Assembly (NCBI RefSeq): GCF_009914755.1
Contig: NC_060932.1
Length of the DNA: 64,000 nt
Strand: one strand, 5' to 3'
Origin: the human T2T-CHM13v2.0 reference genome, Homo sapiens
The notes under the pieces are model-generated. The model ran no database searches and was not told where the DNA came from. It saw nothing but the letters and a program-made list of their open reading frames with translations. Position numbers and translations under genes: made by a program. This document shows, one piece after another, positions 48,500 through 62,983 of the stretch; position 1 is the stretch's first letter, and every line of letters begins with the position of its first letter.

Positions 48500-48884
48500 T
48501 TTTTTTTTTTCTTGAGATGGGGTCTTGCTGTATTGTCCAGGCTGCTCTCAAACTCCTGGCCATATTTTGGTTTTAATATTTTTAAGACAGCATCATCCAG
48601 GCTGGAGTGCATTGGTGTGATCATAGCTAACTGCAACCTTGAACTCTTGAGCTAAAGCAATACTCCCACGTCAGCCTCCCGAGTAACTAGGACTACTGGG
48701 ATGGCACACACCACCATGCCCAGTTAATTTTTGTTGTTGTTATTGTTGTTGTTGTTGTTGTTGTTGTTGACACAGAGTTTCACTGTGTTGCCCAGGCTGC
48801 TCTCAAACTCCTGACCTCAAGTGATCCCCCGGCCTTGGCCTTCCAAAGTGCTGTGATTACAAGTGTGAGCCATTGTGGCTAGCC
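48500..48884 (-). mobile_element. Alu monomer fragment plus AluJ with (GTT)n expansion in the linker
   Basis: Alu pieces at 48500-48560 and 48578-48884; (gtt)n at 48731-48769. Confidence 0.85.
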
Positions 48885-49104
48885 ATGTGTCTTTATATAA
48901 ACAACATATAGTTGGTTCTTGTTTTTTGTTCACTCCGATAGTCTCTGTCATTTAATTTGTGTATTGAGACCATTCTCATTTAAAGTGATTATTCATATAA
49001 CTGAGATAATATCAACTGTATTTATAACTGTTTTCTATTCATTGACCCACTTGTTTCTTTATCTTCCACTCTCTGCCTATTCTGATTTTTATTGAACATT
49101 ATGA

Positions 49105-49446
<342 letters not shown>

Positions 49447-51094
49447 AATTATACTTATTTTTAAGTTTTTCTAGTGGTTACCCTGGAGTTTGCAATACAC
49501 TTTACAGCCAATCAAGTCCACTTTCAAATAACACTGTCCTGCTTCACAGGTAATGCAGGTACCTTCTATCAGAGTGTTCCTGATTTCTTTTTTTTTTCCT
49601 TCCCATCCCTTGTAACACTCCTGTTATGCATTTCACTTACTCAAAAGGTATAATCATTGATTACATTATCATTATTATTTAAATAAACTATTATCTTTTC
49701 TATCAATTTAGAATTAGAAATGTAAAAGATTTTATTTTACCTTCATTTATTCCTTCTCTAGTATTCTTCCTTTCTTTATATAGATTCAAGTTTCTGACAT
49801 TTCATTTTCCTCATATCTCGCCATTTTCATGTAGCATTCCCTGTGGGCCTCTTCTGCTTCCGGGCCTGTTCTACAGCTGCCCTGCAGGCCCTCATGTAGG
49901 GTTCAAGATTTGTAAACAGACTTATCACAGAGGCAGGGCTGAGTGCTGCCAGATCCTTTAATGAGAACCAGTCAACTAGGCATTAAGAGAAAACAAACCC
50001 CCAGCTGCAAAATAACAAAGATTATCCAAGCCTCACATGCAGGAATGTCCATAGCAAGGTAGCAGCTAGGCAGTGACCTACTCCTACACAGTCCTCAGCC
50101 TGCACACCCACCAGCCACAGGTCTGCCCACCTCCATCAGATCCAGGCAAGGCTGGAGTCCTCACTGCTGTTTGGCAATAGCAGTTGCCCCCATCTCAGCA
50201 CCTCAGATTTGCTCTGTTCTGCTCTGCCCTGGTCCAGAAGATCTCAGTGATGACATGTCCGCTGCATGGCTCCAAGGGGACCCCTTCACATCTGCAGAGA
50301 GTTGGTGCTAGGGCTTGGGCAGCTCTCCCAGCAGCTGAACCAGCTGAGCATCTGGGTCTCAGATGGCTGAGTACTGAACATTTTCTCTGAGCAGAGTTTA
50401 AAAGGACCCTGAATATATTCTGAGCATGGAGCAGTCACTCACTGAGAGCTGGCAGCATCCCTCTGTCCATCCAGGTCTCAGTGATGGGGTGAGGGGGAGA
50501 CACTCACTCCTTGCTGGTGTCACAAGGCCTCCTCGTCTCTATTCTCCCTGAGTGGCAGCTCTGGGGTGTGCGGAAATGTTTCTCTGCTGTGTCTTCTGGG
50601 GTGAAGTCGTTTGGCAGCGCTGGTTTTCCCTCCCTCACTCTGCTCACCACCTCTCTGTCCACCACTCACTAGCGATGGGACCTGGTGCAGGGCTGTAGGA
50701 AGGGATGCAGCAGGCTCACATCTCTGTGGAAAGAGGGGTGAAGTCCTATCTAAACCCAGGCTCCAGCTTCTAAATAGAAGACTTGTGAGCCCTGACTTCT
50801 TTCCATCAGGAGATAGGGAGGAAGAGGGTATAGCAGAGTTCAAGTTACTGAAGAAATGTGTGCACCAGGCGTGGTGAGCGCCAGACCCACCCATCCTGAG
50901 GACCCTTTGAAAGGACCTTTTTAAAAAGATGTGTTTGTAACTAAGCAATACACCTTTCCCAAACCTAATTACAAGACATTTCTGCACATAAGACAAGCAA
51001 ACTAAAGACTTAATGGCAAACTGCTGGCAAGTTCATGAGTATGGTGTCCTCAACCCTGATGTAAACTATCTTTTTCTTTCTGATGCTCATTTAA

Positions 51095-51406
<312 letters not shown>

Positions 51407-52451
51407 TTAAGTGAATGTTTAATCATACACTTCCCAGCCATCTCTTGAAATTTATTTAGGGTTGCCAGAAAAGATTTCCACAATGGCTTATGGACCTCAG
51501 ATGAAATGTATTTCCTCAACTCTTGCCTTATTCTCTAATTGGAAGGAAATTGCTTAATCCCATATAAATGTAAATGCTATTAACACCCATGGATATCCTA
51601 GGATAAAAAGGAACTTTGGCTGGTAGCAGTCTACTTTTTATTAAGGTAGCAGTCATTTACCAAACATCAGTAAACCAGTGAGTGGGCCTTTGGTGGGCCT
51701 GCAGGCCCTGGGCAGGAGCCAGGCCACAGTGGCAGATGTGCTCTGGGGCTTGGGGATGCCCCGGCTCCTTTCTCCACTTGCACCTCCTCATGTGCCTGCC
51801 CATTGTGAATTAGTCAACACTGCTTTCCAGCTGCATTACGAGCCTTTATTGACTTTGCTTTTCATCCCTTTGACCCACTTTGACAATGTCATTAGCTAGG
51901 GCAGCCTTTTCAAAATCAAGATCTATTATTTTCATTTTTAAAAAGTCATTCAAGTATGCATTGCATGAATGCACTTTAATAAACCAAGCCTACTCATTCT
52001 CATACTTCTGTTTTATCCTCTAAAGATAAATTTTCTCCCAATGCTGGTTTTAGTGAGGAATGAAATTTTTTGTGCCAAGAGTGGAAAGGAAGACCTTTCT
52101 ATTTTTCTAGAAACTCAGATTTTACTTTTTCTTCAAACATCTAATTTCACCGCTTTTCAACAAGGACATCTGCGATTTGGTGGTGTATCTAGATGATATC
52201 TACAATGCTTCACATCCAAGAAAATCAGACCATCCCAATCCCCAGCAAGCACTGACCAACTGTGCTCACCCGGCCTCAGCCCTGCCATGGTGTGCAGAGT
52301 TGGCTGAGGCCCCGTGTGGCCCGCCCTGGCTGTCTTGTGGACCCCCCTCACTCCCTTCCTCAGGAAGCCATGACCCTCTGGGATGCCCAGAGGTGTCTTT
52401 GACACACGTCTCAGGTGTCTTTTCCATTTGTCAATTCACCATTTATTTCAT

Positions 52452-52524
52452 CTTTTTTTTGGGGAGTGGGGACAGGGTCTTGCCCTGTCACCCAGGCTGG
52501 AGTGCAGTGGCATAATCATAGCTC
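52452..52524 (-). mobile_element. Alu 3' fragment (J-type)
   Basis: gacagggtcttgccctgtcacccaggctggagtgcagtggcataatcatagctca. Confidence 0.8.
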
Positions 52525-52916
52525 AAACACTCATTACTGTGTTAAGGAGTCTATATACTACTACTGTGCTACAGAAAAAGCACAGACCTAAATATGCAAT
52601 ATGGGGAATGTTTGAGGGACTGAGGGCCGGCTCAGCTGTGGCGATGTAACTACCTATGCATCTGGAAAAATATCCCAACAAAAATACTTCAGTTAGGTGG
52701 TAATATGCAGGCAAGTTTTAAAACGTACTTCTTATTGTTATAATTTTTCTTTGTACAATAAGTGGAAATTATAAAAATCTTAGGAACATGTATATAAACT
52801 CCCAAGTAAGGCAAAAATCACGAGGCCCCTCATGTTGTCCTCTGCACGTGGAGGAGCAGAGGAGTCAGAGAGGGCAGAGCCGCCTCTGAGGTGGGCTTTC
52901 CTTCTCTTGGGCCTAG

Positions 52917-53010
52917 GCACTGTGGTTGGCGTGGACGAGAGCACTGCTTTCTCATGGCCTGTGTGTGACATGTGTGGCAACGGGAGATTGGAACAGAGGC
53001 CGGAAGACAG
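52917..53010 (+). CDS. SPIDR: SPIDR coding exon (probably 17), 94 nt, (G)TVVGVDESTAFSWPVCDMCGNGRLEQRPED(R)
   Basis: Acceptor ctttccttctcttgggcctag ends 52916; donor CAG|gtaagg at 53011; phase 1/2; contains a CxxC. Confidence 0.94.
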
Positions 53011-53552
53011 GTAAGGGGACAGGAGCTGTCCTGAAAGCCCTAGAACTGAAAGGGCACAGAAGCAACCCAGCCCCAGAACCTGGGCCTTGCTACCTCAGGT
53101 GACTCCCTCGAGAGCTCAAGGGGCAACCTCTGCCTCTGCTGAGCAGCAAGGGAAGAGGCCTCTGGGGCCCAGTGGGTTTTCCTTACTGAGATTTCTGCTG
53201 TTTCTTGCAGCTGCTCCTGTTATGAGATAGATGTGCTGGGTTTTGTCCCCACCTCCTTTATTATCAGCCAGGAGAATTAAAAAAACAGGACAAACATGAA
53301 TAAGTGAAAAAAACTTGGTGACTGTATAGCCTAGCTTTTGTGAAAGGTGCAGACGTTTACAGAGACCACTTTTACAGTGAGCAGCTACTGGACAGATGTC
53401 CCTGCCCACCCCACTATGCTGCCCTCCCTCAGGGTCTGGGCCAGTGTCAGTGCAGTCTGTCCCTATGAAGTCAGTCCTCCGGCCTCCCAAGTGCAGTGTC
53501 ATGTGATAGAAAGGGACAGGCTCATTACTTTTCTGCTTCTTAAAAAGCAAAG

Positions 53553-54180
<628 letters not shown>

Positions 54181-54649
54181 ACACACAAAGCAAAGAGCAA
54201 ATGTCTCCTTGGCATATCTGGGCTGGTGGCCTTACACAAGCCATCACTGGACTGTGTGGAAGAGATGAGCACATGTGCAGGCATGCAGGGTAGCACACAA
54301 CAGTGGCTGTGCTGGCAGCTGAGAGCAGACTTTCTCTTCCGGGCCAGGGGGCAGCCTGACCCCTGGCCTCCCAGGCCCTGACCTCCCTTCCTGGGAGGCT
54401 CAGCATCCCCTCCTCTGCTCCCCTCTTCGGCCTCCAGCCAGTGCTACTCGTGCTACTCGAAGCTAATGTTCATCCCTTGGACAGGCTGAGTCCAGGCAGC
54501 TGCAGGCCTCTCTCAGAAACTTGATTCTGAGAGTAAAGCCCCGTTTTCTAGCTCAGCAGACACTCATGTTTAAGAAAATGTCTCCCACTGGAGCTTTCCT
54601 GACTTGTGCCTCCCGGGGCCTTGTCTTTCCTTGGCTTTTCATATACCAG

Positions 54650-54764
54650 AGGCGCCTTTTCCTGTGGGGACTGCTCCCGGGTGGTCACATCTCCTGTTCT
54701 CAAGAGGCACCTGCAGGTCTTCCTGGACTGCCGCTCAAGACCGCAGTGCAGAGTGAAGGTCAAG
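54650..54764 (+). CDS. SPIDR: SPIDR coding exon (probably 18), 115 nt, GAFSCGDCSRVVTSPVLKRHLQVFLDCRSRPQCRVKVK
   Basis: Acceptor cttttcatataccag ends 54649; donor AAG|gtagga at 54765; phase 2/0; contains the second CxxC. Confidence 0.94.
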
Positions 54765-55128
54765 GTAGGAGCCAGGCCAGAGCACGCACGCACTCCTAGC
54801 TCACTCCAACATAGCGAAGGTGAGACAGAGCTGAAGCAGGTGCACGTCCTCCTGTACGCCTGCAGAGGCGCTGGGACTCGGCTGGGATGGCTTGCATCTG
54901 GAACTCCCTCTAGGTCCTAGGAGCTTCCCTAGGAAAGGTGGGAGGATGCACCCTATGTGAACACAGTCTCTCCATGTTAAAACACATCTTTGACCTAAGG
55001 CCGTGAGACTGAAGCTCTGAAGACAGGTGGTTTGGATATAACATGTTAATTTTCGGGAATGAGTGATTTAACTTGAGCACTTACTGTGTTGGAGGGAGTT
55101 TAACCCAGCCCTGCTTCTGCTGTTGCAG

Positions 55129-55182
55129 CTGTTGCAGCGCAGCATTTCCTCCCTGCTGAGGTTTGCCGCCGGTGAAGATGGG
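55129..55182 (+). CDS. SPIDR: SPIDR coding exon (probably 19), 54 nt, LLQRSISSLLRFAAGEDG
   Basis: Acceptor cttctgctgttgcag ends 55128; consensus donor GGG|gtaagt at 55183; phase 0/0. Confidence 0.92.
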
Positions 55183-55427
55183 GTAAGTGCAGGGGGCCCA
55201 GCCCAGGGGGCCGCACACTCAGTAGCCTGCATGAGCAACTCATCCCCAGAGGAAGCCCCCACTCCCAAATGTGTTCTATTACAACCCATCCCACTAGGAA
55301 GTGGTGTAGACACTCGAGAGTGAAATGCAGATATGTCTGCCATTCAGACTGATAGGTTCCTTTCCTCTGTGGAAATGAGGTTATTTTAGATCATTGTTGA
55401 GGTAGATGCAGGAATCTGTCCCCTGGC

Positions 55428-55748
<321 letters not shown>

Positions 55749-56306
55749 TGATTACAGCACCACAGTCTTCAGGTTGGAGTCCTACTGCCAAGGTGTCATG
55801 TTAATAGGATGGAATTCCCCAAGATGCTTTTTTTTTTCTTTTTTTAAACACTGGGTATTCCAGACTCTGAATAACTGGTAATGTGACTGTCCTGCCCTGA
55901 GAGTCACTGTGGTGAATCTTAGTAAAGCAGGGTGGCTCCTCCAAGAAAAGCCACCTAAATATATAATTGATGGGCCAAAGAGTTTCTGCTGTGTGAAATT
56001 TGACCCACATAAATGAGACATCTGTCCTAGAGATGCCACCTGTGTCTTGTGAAAGCCATTTAAAAGCACCACAAGTGGCTCATGGAATAGCCACAGAAGG
56101 GGACCAGCCACTCAGTGGCCCCTGGGCACAGCCCCAGTTCACAAGAGACATCTGGAACCAGAGTGGGCTCCACAACCAGGGAGCTGACTTGGGCCACGCT
56201 GGAAGGGAGTGTGGTGACTGGGGAGGCCGATCATGCCTGGAGCTCTGTGGTCAGTTAAATAAGGGGTCTTTGTCTAATGGGTCCCCATGGCCAGATTCTA
56301 GCCAGA

Positions 56307-56430
56307 ATTTTTTTTTAGGCAGAGTCTTACTCTGTCATCCAGGCTGGAGTGCAGTGACACAACCATAAGCTCACTACAGCCTCGAACTCCTGGGCTCAAA
56401 CGATCCCCCTGCCTCAGCCTCCCAAGTATC
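56307..56430 (-). mobile_element. Alu right-arm fragment (AluJ/FRAM)
   Basis: gcagagtcttactctgtcatccaggctggagtgcagtg...gggctcaaacgatcc. Confidence 0.85.
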
Positions 56431-56676
56431 CAACCCACATTTGTGGTGACTTGACCTGTCCTATGGAGACTCCTCCCTGCCCCACTACCCCTGCCACCCT
56501 CTCACCCACTGCACCTCAGGAGGGGCCAGCAGCCCCGCAAGGCAGAGCAGCAGTTTGTCCTCTCTCATCTAAACCATGTCTGTCAGAGTTGGATTAAATT
56601 GGAACATGGATAAGTCTATGAGCGGGATCTTTGAGGATCACAAGTGACTATACACTAGAATTACCTGCAAGCTCTA

Positions 56677-57022
<346 letters not shown>

Positions 57023-57989
57023 TTAAAGCTCCTCAGTGACCCCGAGCTCCAGCTCGGAATTGTCCCCTGAGCTGCTGCACACAGGGACTGATGCTGAGGC
57101 CGGGCTGTGGAGGCTCATCAGCAAGTGTTCCCCAGTGGTGCAAAAGGTGAGTCATCACTACAGGCCAGGAACTGAGCCTCCCGCATTCTCACATTTCCCT
57201 GTTCAACCTCCCAATGTCCCAGCAAGGTAGAGCCCATATTTCCCTGCTAGGGGGATGAGTGCAGTGCCCAAGGCAAAGACATCCCACAGAGGGAAAGTCA
57301 TCGTTACGCCACAGAGTGACCACCTGCAGAGTTGGGAGCCAGCCCAAGGAGCATAATGGGGAACAGCATATGTGCTTTTCTGTCCTTAAGGAAGTTTAAG
57401 TGTATAACAGGCAACCGACCACACAGCAGTGCCTGTCAGCCAATTCCTTGTCTCCTTGTCTGAGTCCTGGGGGTAGGGAGGAAGAAAGGAGGAGGCAGTG
57501 CCCAGAAAGGGGGGAACTGCCCACAGCTGACCAGGTAGAAGTTTGAGTAGGTGCTAAAGGTGGCAGATCTGAGTTTTCAGGGAACACATCTTGATGGAGA
57601 ATGTTGGGAGAAAGCATTAGAAACGCCCCTGTTTGAGAACGCATGATAAAACGAACCAAAACCCACAACCTCAACAGATTCAACCAACTCTTGGGCATGG
57701 CACACAGCTCTCCAGCTGCTCCATGCTACTCAGAAGGGTGGGACGGTGCTGTGGCAGCAGCTGCCTGGCATCCCTGGTCACCATCCAGGAAGTCTCCAGC
57801 AATGGACAGTGCTTGACACCCGTTCCAATCCCCACCCCTCTTTAGAGATCCAGAGACCAGGAACCCTGGCAGAAATCCTCCTTCCTTCACTTGGTTTCCT
57901 TCTGGCTAAGGTGCTTGTTCCTCCTACACATTTAACTTGTCAACTAGAATATTCCCATAGGTAAAAGCCCTGCTTATAAAGAGCTCAAA

Positions 57990-58147
57990 GGTGTGTGTAC
58001 CTGAGTGCACGTGTGTGCACATTTATGCAGTATGTGTGCATCAGAGCACCTTTGCCCATGCCCGTGTGCATGTGTATGTGTCCACTTGACTATGCTGTGT
58101 ATGCACATATGCTGGACACATGCGTACATGTGTGTATGTGTGTGCAT
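57990..58147. repeat. Degenerate (TG/CA/TA) alternating purine-pyrimidine tract
   Basis: gtgtgtgtac...gtgcacgtgtgtgcac...catgtgtgtatgtgtgtgca. Confidence 0.75.
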
Positions 58148-58824
58148 TGGGTGAGGGCCAGAGGGTGGCAGCAGCCTTAGTATCACCTTTTTGGGTGCTC
58201 TGGTTTCAGGGCCAATACCAGTGGACTGTGGGGTAAGTTCCAAGCCTGGAAGTAGACAACTTAGGAGGCTCTTTACTCCATGCCCAGCTCTATTCACAGT
58301 GGCTGATCAGGTCTTTACTGCGGATCTGGAAAGAAGCTGATAGAAGATGGGTGCCAGAGGGGCCTGGGTAGAGATGTTAGCTGAGAGATACCCAGTATGG
58401 ATTCTGTCAGTTTTCTGGGTGAGCATACACATTCACCAAAATTCAGAGAATCAAATTGGGGCTTTCCACAAGAACTGTAAAACTCCATTCCCTGGGGCAA
58501 ATGTACTGTTTCGGTTAAGATACTTGAGTGTTAAGTTTTATGCCTTTACTGTAATGTGGTCAAGCTGCAGATGTGAAAACAGTAGGATTGTCTGTAGTTG
58601 TGCATCTCATTTCTCAATAGTAACATTATTGTGGCATGGAACTTGAAGTTTGTTTCCTTAGCTTTCAGAAAAGTTAAAGGAACATATATAGTGATTTTTT
58701 AAAAGAGAGCACATTTTACACATATGCAGACACACATTCATATGAATAGTGCTTGGGAGTTTGCTAATATGGTTGTTTAAACCTCTCCATGTTAATTTCT
58801 CCCACACATAAAAGATTTATTACT

Positions 58825-59592
<768 letters not shown>

Positions 59593-60802
59593 TTAAACCA
59601 TCCTGTTGACTTTATTCTTTTTCACCAAGGAAGCCAAAACTCTTGACAGAGCACACTGAATAGGCACCACGCCTGTCTTACAAATGGGAAAATCAAAGTC
59701 CCCCCACGAGTTGGCGTCAGTAGCGTTCACATCCCAGACTGATCCTGACATTTATTTTTACAAAACAAACCATCTCAAAACTTGGTGGCATCAATATTCA
59801 TTCTGTGCACAGAACTCTTGTTTGGACAGGGCTTCATCCGGATAGCTCCACTGGGCATTAGCGGGTGCCCCCAAGGCCGGTGGGAGTCACAGAAGGCTCC
59901 TACGTCCAGGCCACAGCTCTGGCCGGACCCCCTCACAGCATGTGTGTGGATCCCACGGGCCAGCTGGAAGCTGGGCACCTTTCCTGACCAGGCGTGGAAC
60001 ATCACTTGGTGTCCCTTCCACCGCACTGTGTTCATGAGAAGCCAGACACTGAGGCCAGCTCAAACTCAGGGAAAGGCAGTGAGACTCACACCTTTGAAGG
60101 GAAGGGCACCAAGGAGCCACATTCTACCTGCTTTGGCCACGTTGTCTGGCTTCTCCAGCCTCAGTCTCTTTGGCCATGACACCATAACGATGGGAGGGGT
60201 GAGTTAATAGACACCAAACAGAACTGCTGTAGCAACTGCCAAATGCCTTGCACAGAGGAGGAGTGTGGGGTGCCCATGATATTACTCTGCAAGTGACATT
60301 GCCTTCTAGGGCTTTAATCTCCCAGAAAGCCAGAGATGGAATATCTCAGTGCTTCTGAGCCTTTATTTTCAGCCCTACCCGCAACAGCATTCTGCAGCTT
60401 GATCTATAATGGGGTGCACCACACCCTCTCAGCCTGGTCAGGGATGGGGGCCAAGGACTCCCTGTACCTGTCTCATCTGGAGACGAAACTCACCTGGGAC
60501 TAACCAAAAAGAATTAGAAGAAAAAGCGAAGTCTCATTACAAAAACACAGAGGATTTTAGCCCAGTATAACTCTAGAAGAAATGGAATCCTATTAAGGAA
60601 GGAAGTTTGGGGCAAAGCACCAGGAAATCCCTCAACCGGAAGTGTTGCTAGATTGAGGAAGTGTCCTAAAGGAAGTGGGAGACAGCTGTGGGCACTGTGT
60701 GCCCAGCCCCGGCCTTCCCAGCAGAGTCTGTGTGCATCGTGTCCCAAGTAAAAACAATTCAGTTACCAGAATGGGGTAGTTCCTTCACTTGCTAAAATAA
60801 AT

Positions 60803-60852
60803 GGGTGTGTGGGTGTGTGTGTGTGTGGGTGTGTGTGTGTGTGTGTGTGTGT
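60803..60852. repeat. Interrupted (TG)n microsatellite
   Basis: Read directly; about 170 nt upstream of the last SPIDR acceptor. Confidence 0.95.
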
Positions 60853-61023
60853 AGTGGCTCTTCATTTGTTTCTCCTTCCTACCACTGTTCTCAGCCATTT
60901 GAGGAGTGGAAGGTCGTGGACTGGGGAAAGGGCCTTCCACTCTGGCTCTCTGGTTTTCCGTGTTGTTGGGAACAGTACGTCCCAGGCTGTTTGCTTTAAC
61001 CAGCGTGCCTTTTATCACTGCAG

Positions 61024-61167
61024 AGCTACGAAGTGAAGAGTGTCCTCGGAAAGGAAGTGGGGTTGTTAAATTGTTTTGTCCAGTCCGTAACCGCCCACCC
61101 GACCAGCTGCATTGGATTGGAGGAAATCGAGCTTCTGAGTGCAGGAGGGGCCTCTGCAGAACACTAG
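61024..61167 (+). CDS. SPIDR: SPIDR terminal coding exon (probably 20), SYEVKSVLGKEVGLLNCFVQSVTAHPTSCIGLEEIELLSAGGASAEH*
   Basis: Acceptor ccttttatcactgcag ends 61023; phase 0; TAG at 61165-61167; recognised SPIDR C-terminus. Confidence 0.94.
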   Translation, partial: SYEVKSVLGKEVGLLNCFVQSVTAHPTSCIGLEEIELLSAGGASAEH

Positions 61168-61640
61168 CGGTTGCCGCAGGATCTGTGAACTTTGCAATGT
61201 GGCTGCAAGGGTGGTGGTGGTGGTGGTGATTTGGGGTAGTTATTTGTTAACTATGGACACAGTGAACGTAGTTTACGATCTTGAAATGAAACTTAGATTT
61301 TTCTGGGGAAATGTTCAGATACAGTTTTGTGAACTGTAAATCAAAATACCTTTTTCTACAGTTTATCTTTTATTTTCTGCAAATTTAGGAACATATTTAC
61401 TCGTTTTCACATTGAATCTTAAGTTTAAGCTCTTCATTTGGTATTTAGGCAATATATGAGAAAAAAATTTTTTTTGTTCATTTGTAATTTTAACAAGTTG
61501 AACATTTTACCATGATTGAACATGTTTTTATTACAGTATTTAACATTCCCCCAAAGAATACCCTGCAAAGTGTAAACCTTTGTCCCATACTGTGATATTA
61601 CTGTTCTGCTACAATAAATGTCAAACCTAAGCACTTTGCA
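61168..61640 (+). other. SPIDR: SPIDR 3' UTR (to proximal poly(A) site)
   Basis: AT-rich sequence between the stop and AATAAA at 61613; includes a short (TGG)n at ~61212-61228. End coordinate approximate. Confidence 0.75.
61613..61618 (+). terminator. SPIDR: SPIDR poly(A) signal AATAAA
   Basis: First AATAAA after the stop; upstream TGTA (61571) and T-rich sequence downstream. Confidence 0.75.
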
Positions 61641-62646
61641 GTTCACTACTTTTGGGAAAATGTTCTAGGGAACTGTATCACAGGTGAAACTGTTACCCAT
61701 AAAGTGTAGCTCTCTGAACTGGTGTGATCGTGTCTCTGCTGAATGGTGGTGGGGATAGCTGGCTCCACCACACACACCTGTTTTAATTAGGCTGGGTAAT
61801 GTGCACGGAGAGCAAAGATCACAGACTAAGGAGCAGTCAGTCGGATATTTGCTTTGCTGGCAAAGATTTAAACCAAGAATTAATTATCTTTGGACACTAT
61901 AAAGATTTTGTTCCCTTCCTTATAGCAATATAATCATGACAGGCCATGGTTAACTACATCAGATACACGTAGCAGCCGTGACCAAGACATGGTGCCCTAA
62001 TACCAAGTGTTCTTGGGTTAAAGGCAGGCGGCTTTTTAATTAAATCTTAAAGCACTGCAATTACTGGCAAGACAGCTGGTCTTAAGCAGTTTTGTGACTG
62101 CCCTTTTCATCCACTACATGACTATTCCGGCCTTTCTGGAGCACTTTTGAAAATCTACTTGACTCTGTCCACAAGACTGAGGAAAGTGAAAGCAAAGTCC
62201 CGGGAAAGCGGGAGATGATTCAGCCCGGGGTTCTGCCCCTCGCCCCTCCAGCAGCCTCTACAGTTAGGGAGCTCTTGAACTGTTCTCAGCAGGGGCCCCC
62301 AAAAAGTCAACCCTTCCCCAGGTCTGCGTTCTTCGGGAGAACACCTTCTGCTGGAAAGCTGCTAGCTTACCTGAGCTCAGCCGTGCTCCACCTAGCTTAG
62401 GCAAGTTAAATAAGGCCAGGAGAGAGCCTTTAATGCGTTTTAAAAGCGACAGACCCTCTCTCCTGAGTAGCTCGGGCCTGCGCCCCATCCCCCCGCCCCC
62501 CCCACACACACACCTGGCGCCCGGGCTCCCTGGTGCTCGCTGGCTGCGGGTCCGGAACGCACCCTTCCCGAGCCGGGTCCTGCGCCACCGGCGGGCGGGC
62601 GGGAGTCACTGCGAATATAGGAAGCAGGGGCGATTTCAAATGCTGC

Positions 62647-62652
62647 TTTATT
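62647..62652 (-). terminator. CEBPD: CEBPD poly(A) signal AATAAA
   Basis: tttatt on + strand at the boundary between the AT-rich UTR and GC-rich flank. Confidence 0.85.
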
Positions 62653-62983
62653 CTTACAAATACTGTAAAAATTAATATAAAAAAGTGAGCATGCTCAGTC
62701 TTTTCCTCTTATCTACAATACAAAGGGTTTGTCTGAAAAGTCTGGTTTTTTTTCTTTTTACAAATGTACCTTAGCTGCATCAACAGGAGTAAGATGTAGA
62801 AAAAGCTACCATTACAAAAATAATTTAAGGGAAAATAAACACGTTTAGCTTCTCTCGCAGTTTAGTGGTGGTAAGTCCAGGCTGTAGCTTCTTTGCGCTC
62901 CTATGTCCCAAGAAACTGCAGCGGGCACCCGGCGGCTCTGGCTGCGCCAGGGCAGGGCGCGCTCCGCTCCGGGCCGTCGGGTC

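Noticed and set aside
55811-55820. Isolated NF-kB consensus (GGGGAATTCC on -); also lone GAS motifs at 25047 and 28170 and a GRE-like site at 24634
   Set aside because: Single degenerate motifs are expected several times by chance in 64 kb; no clustering supports them.
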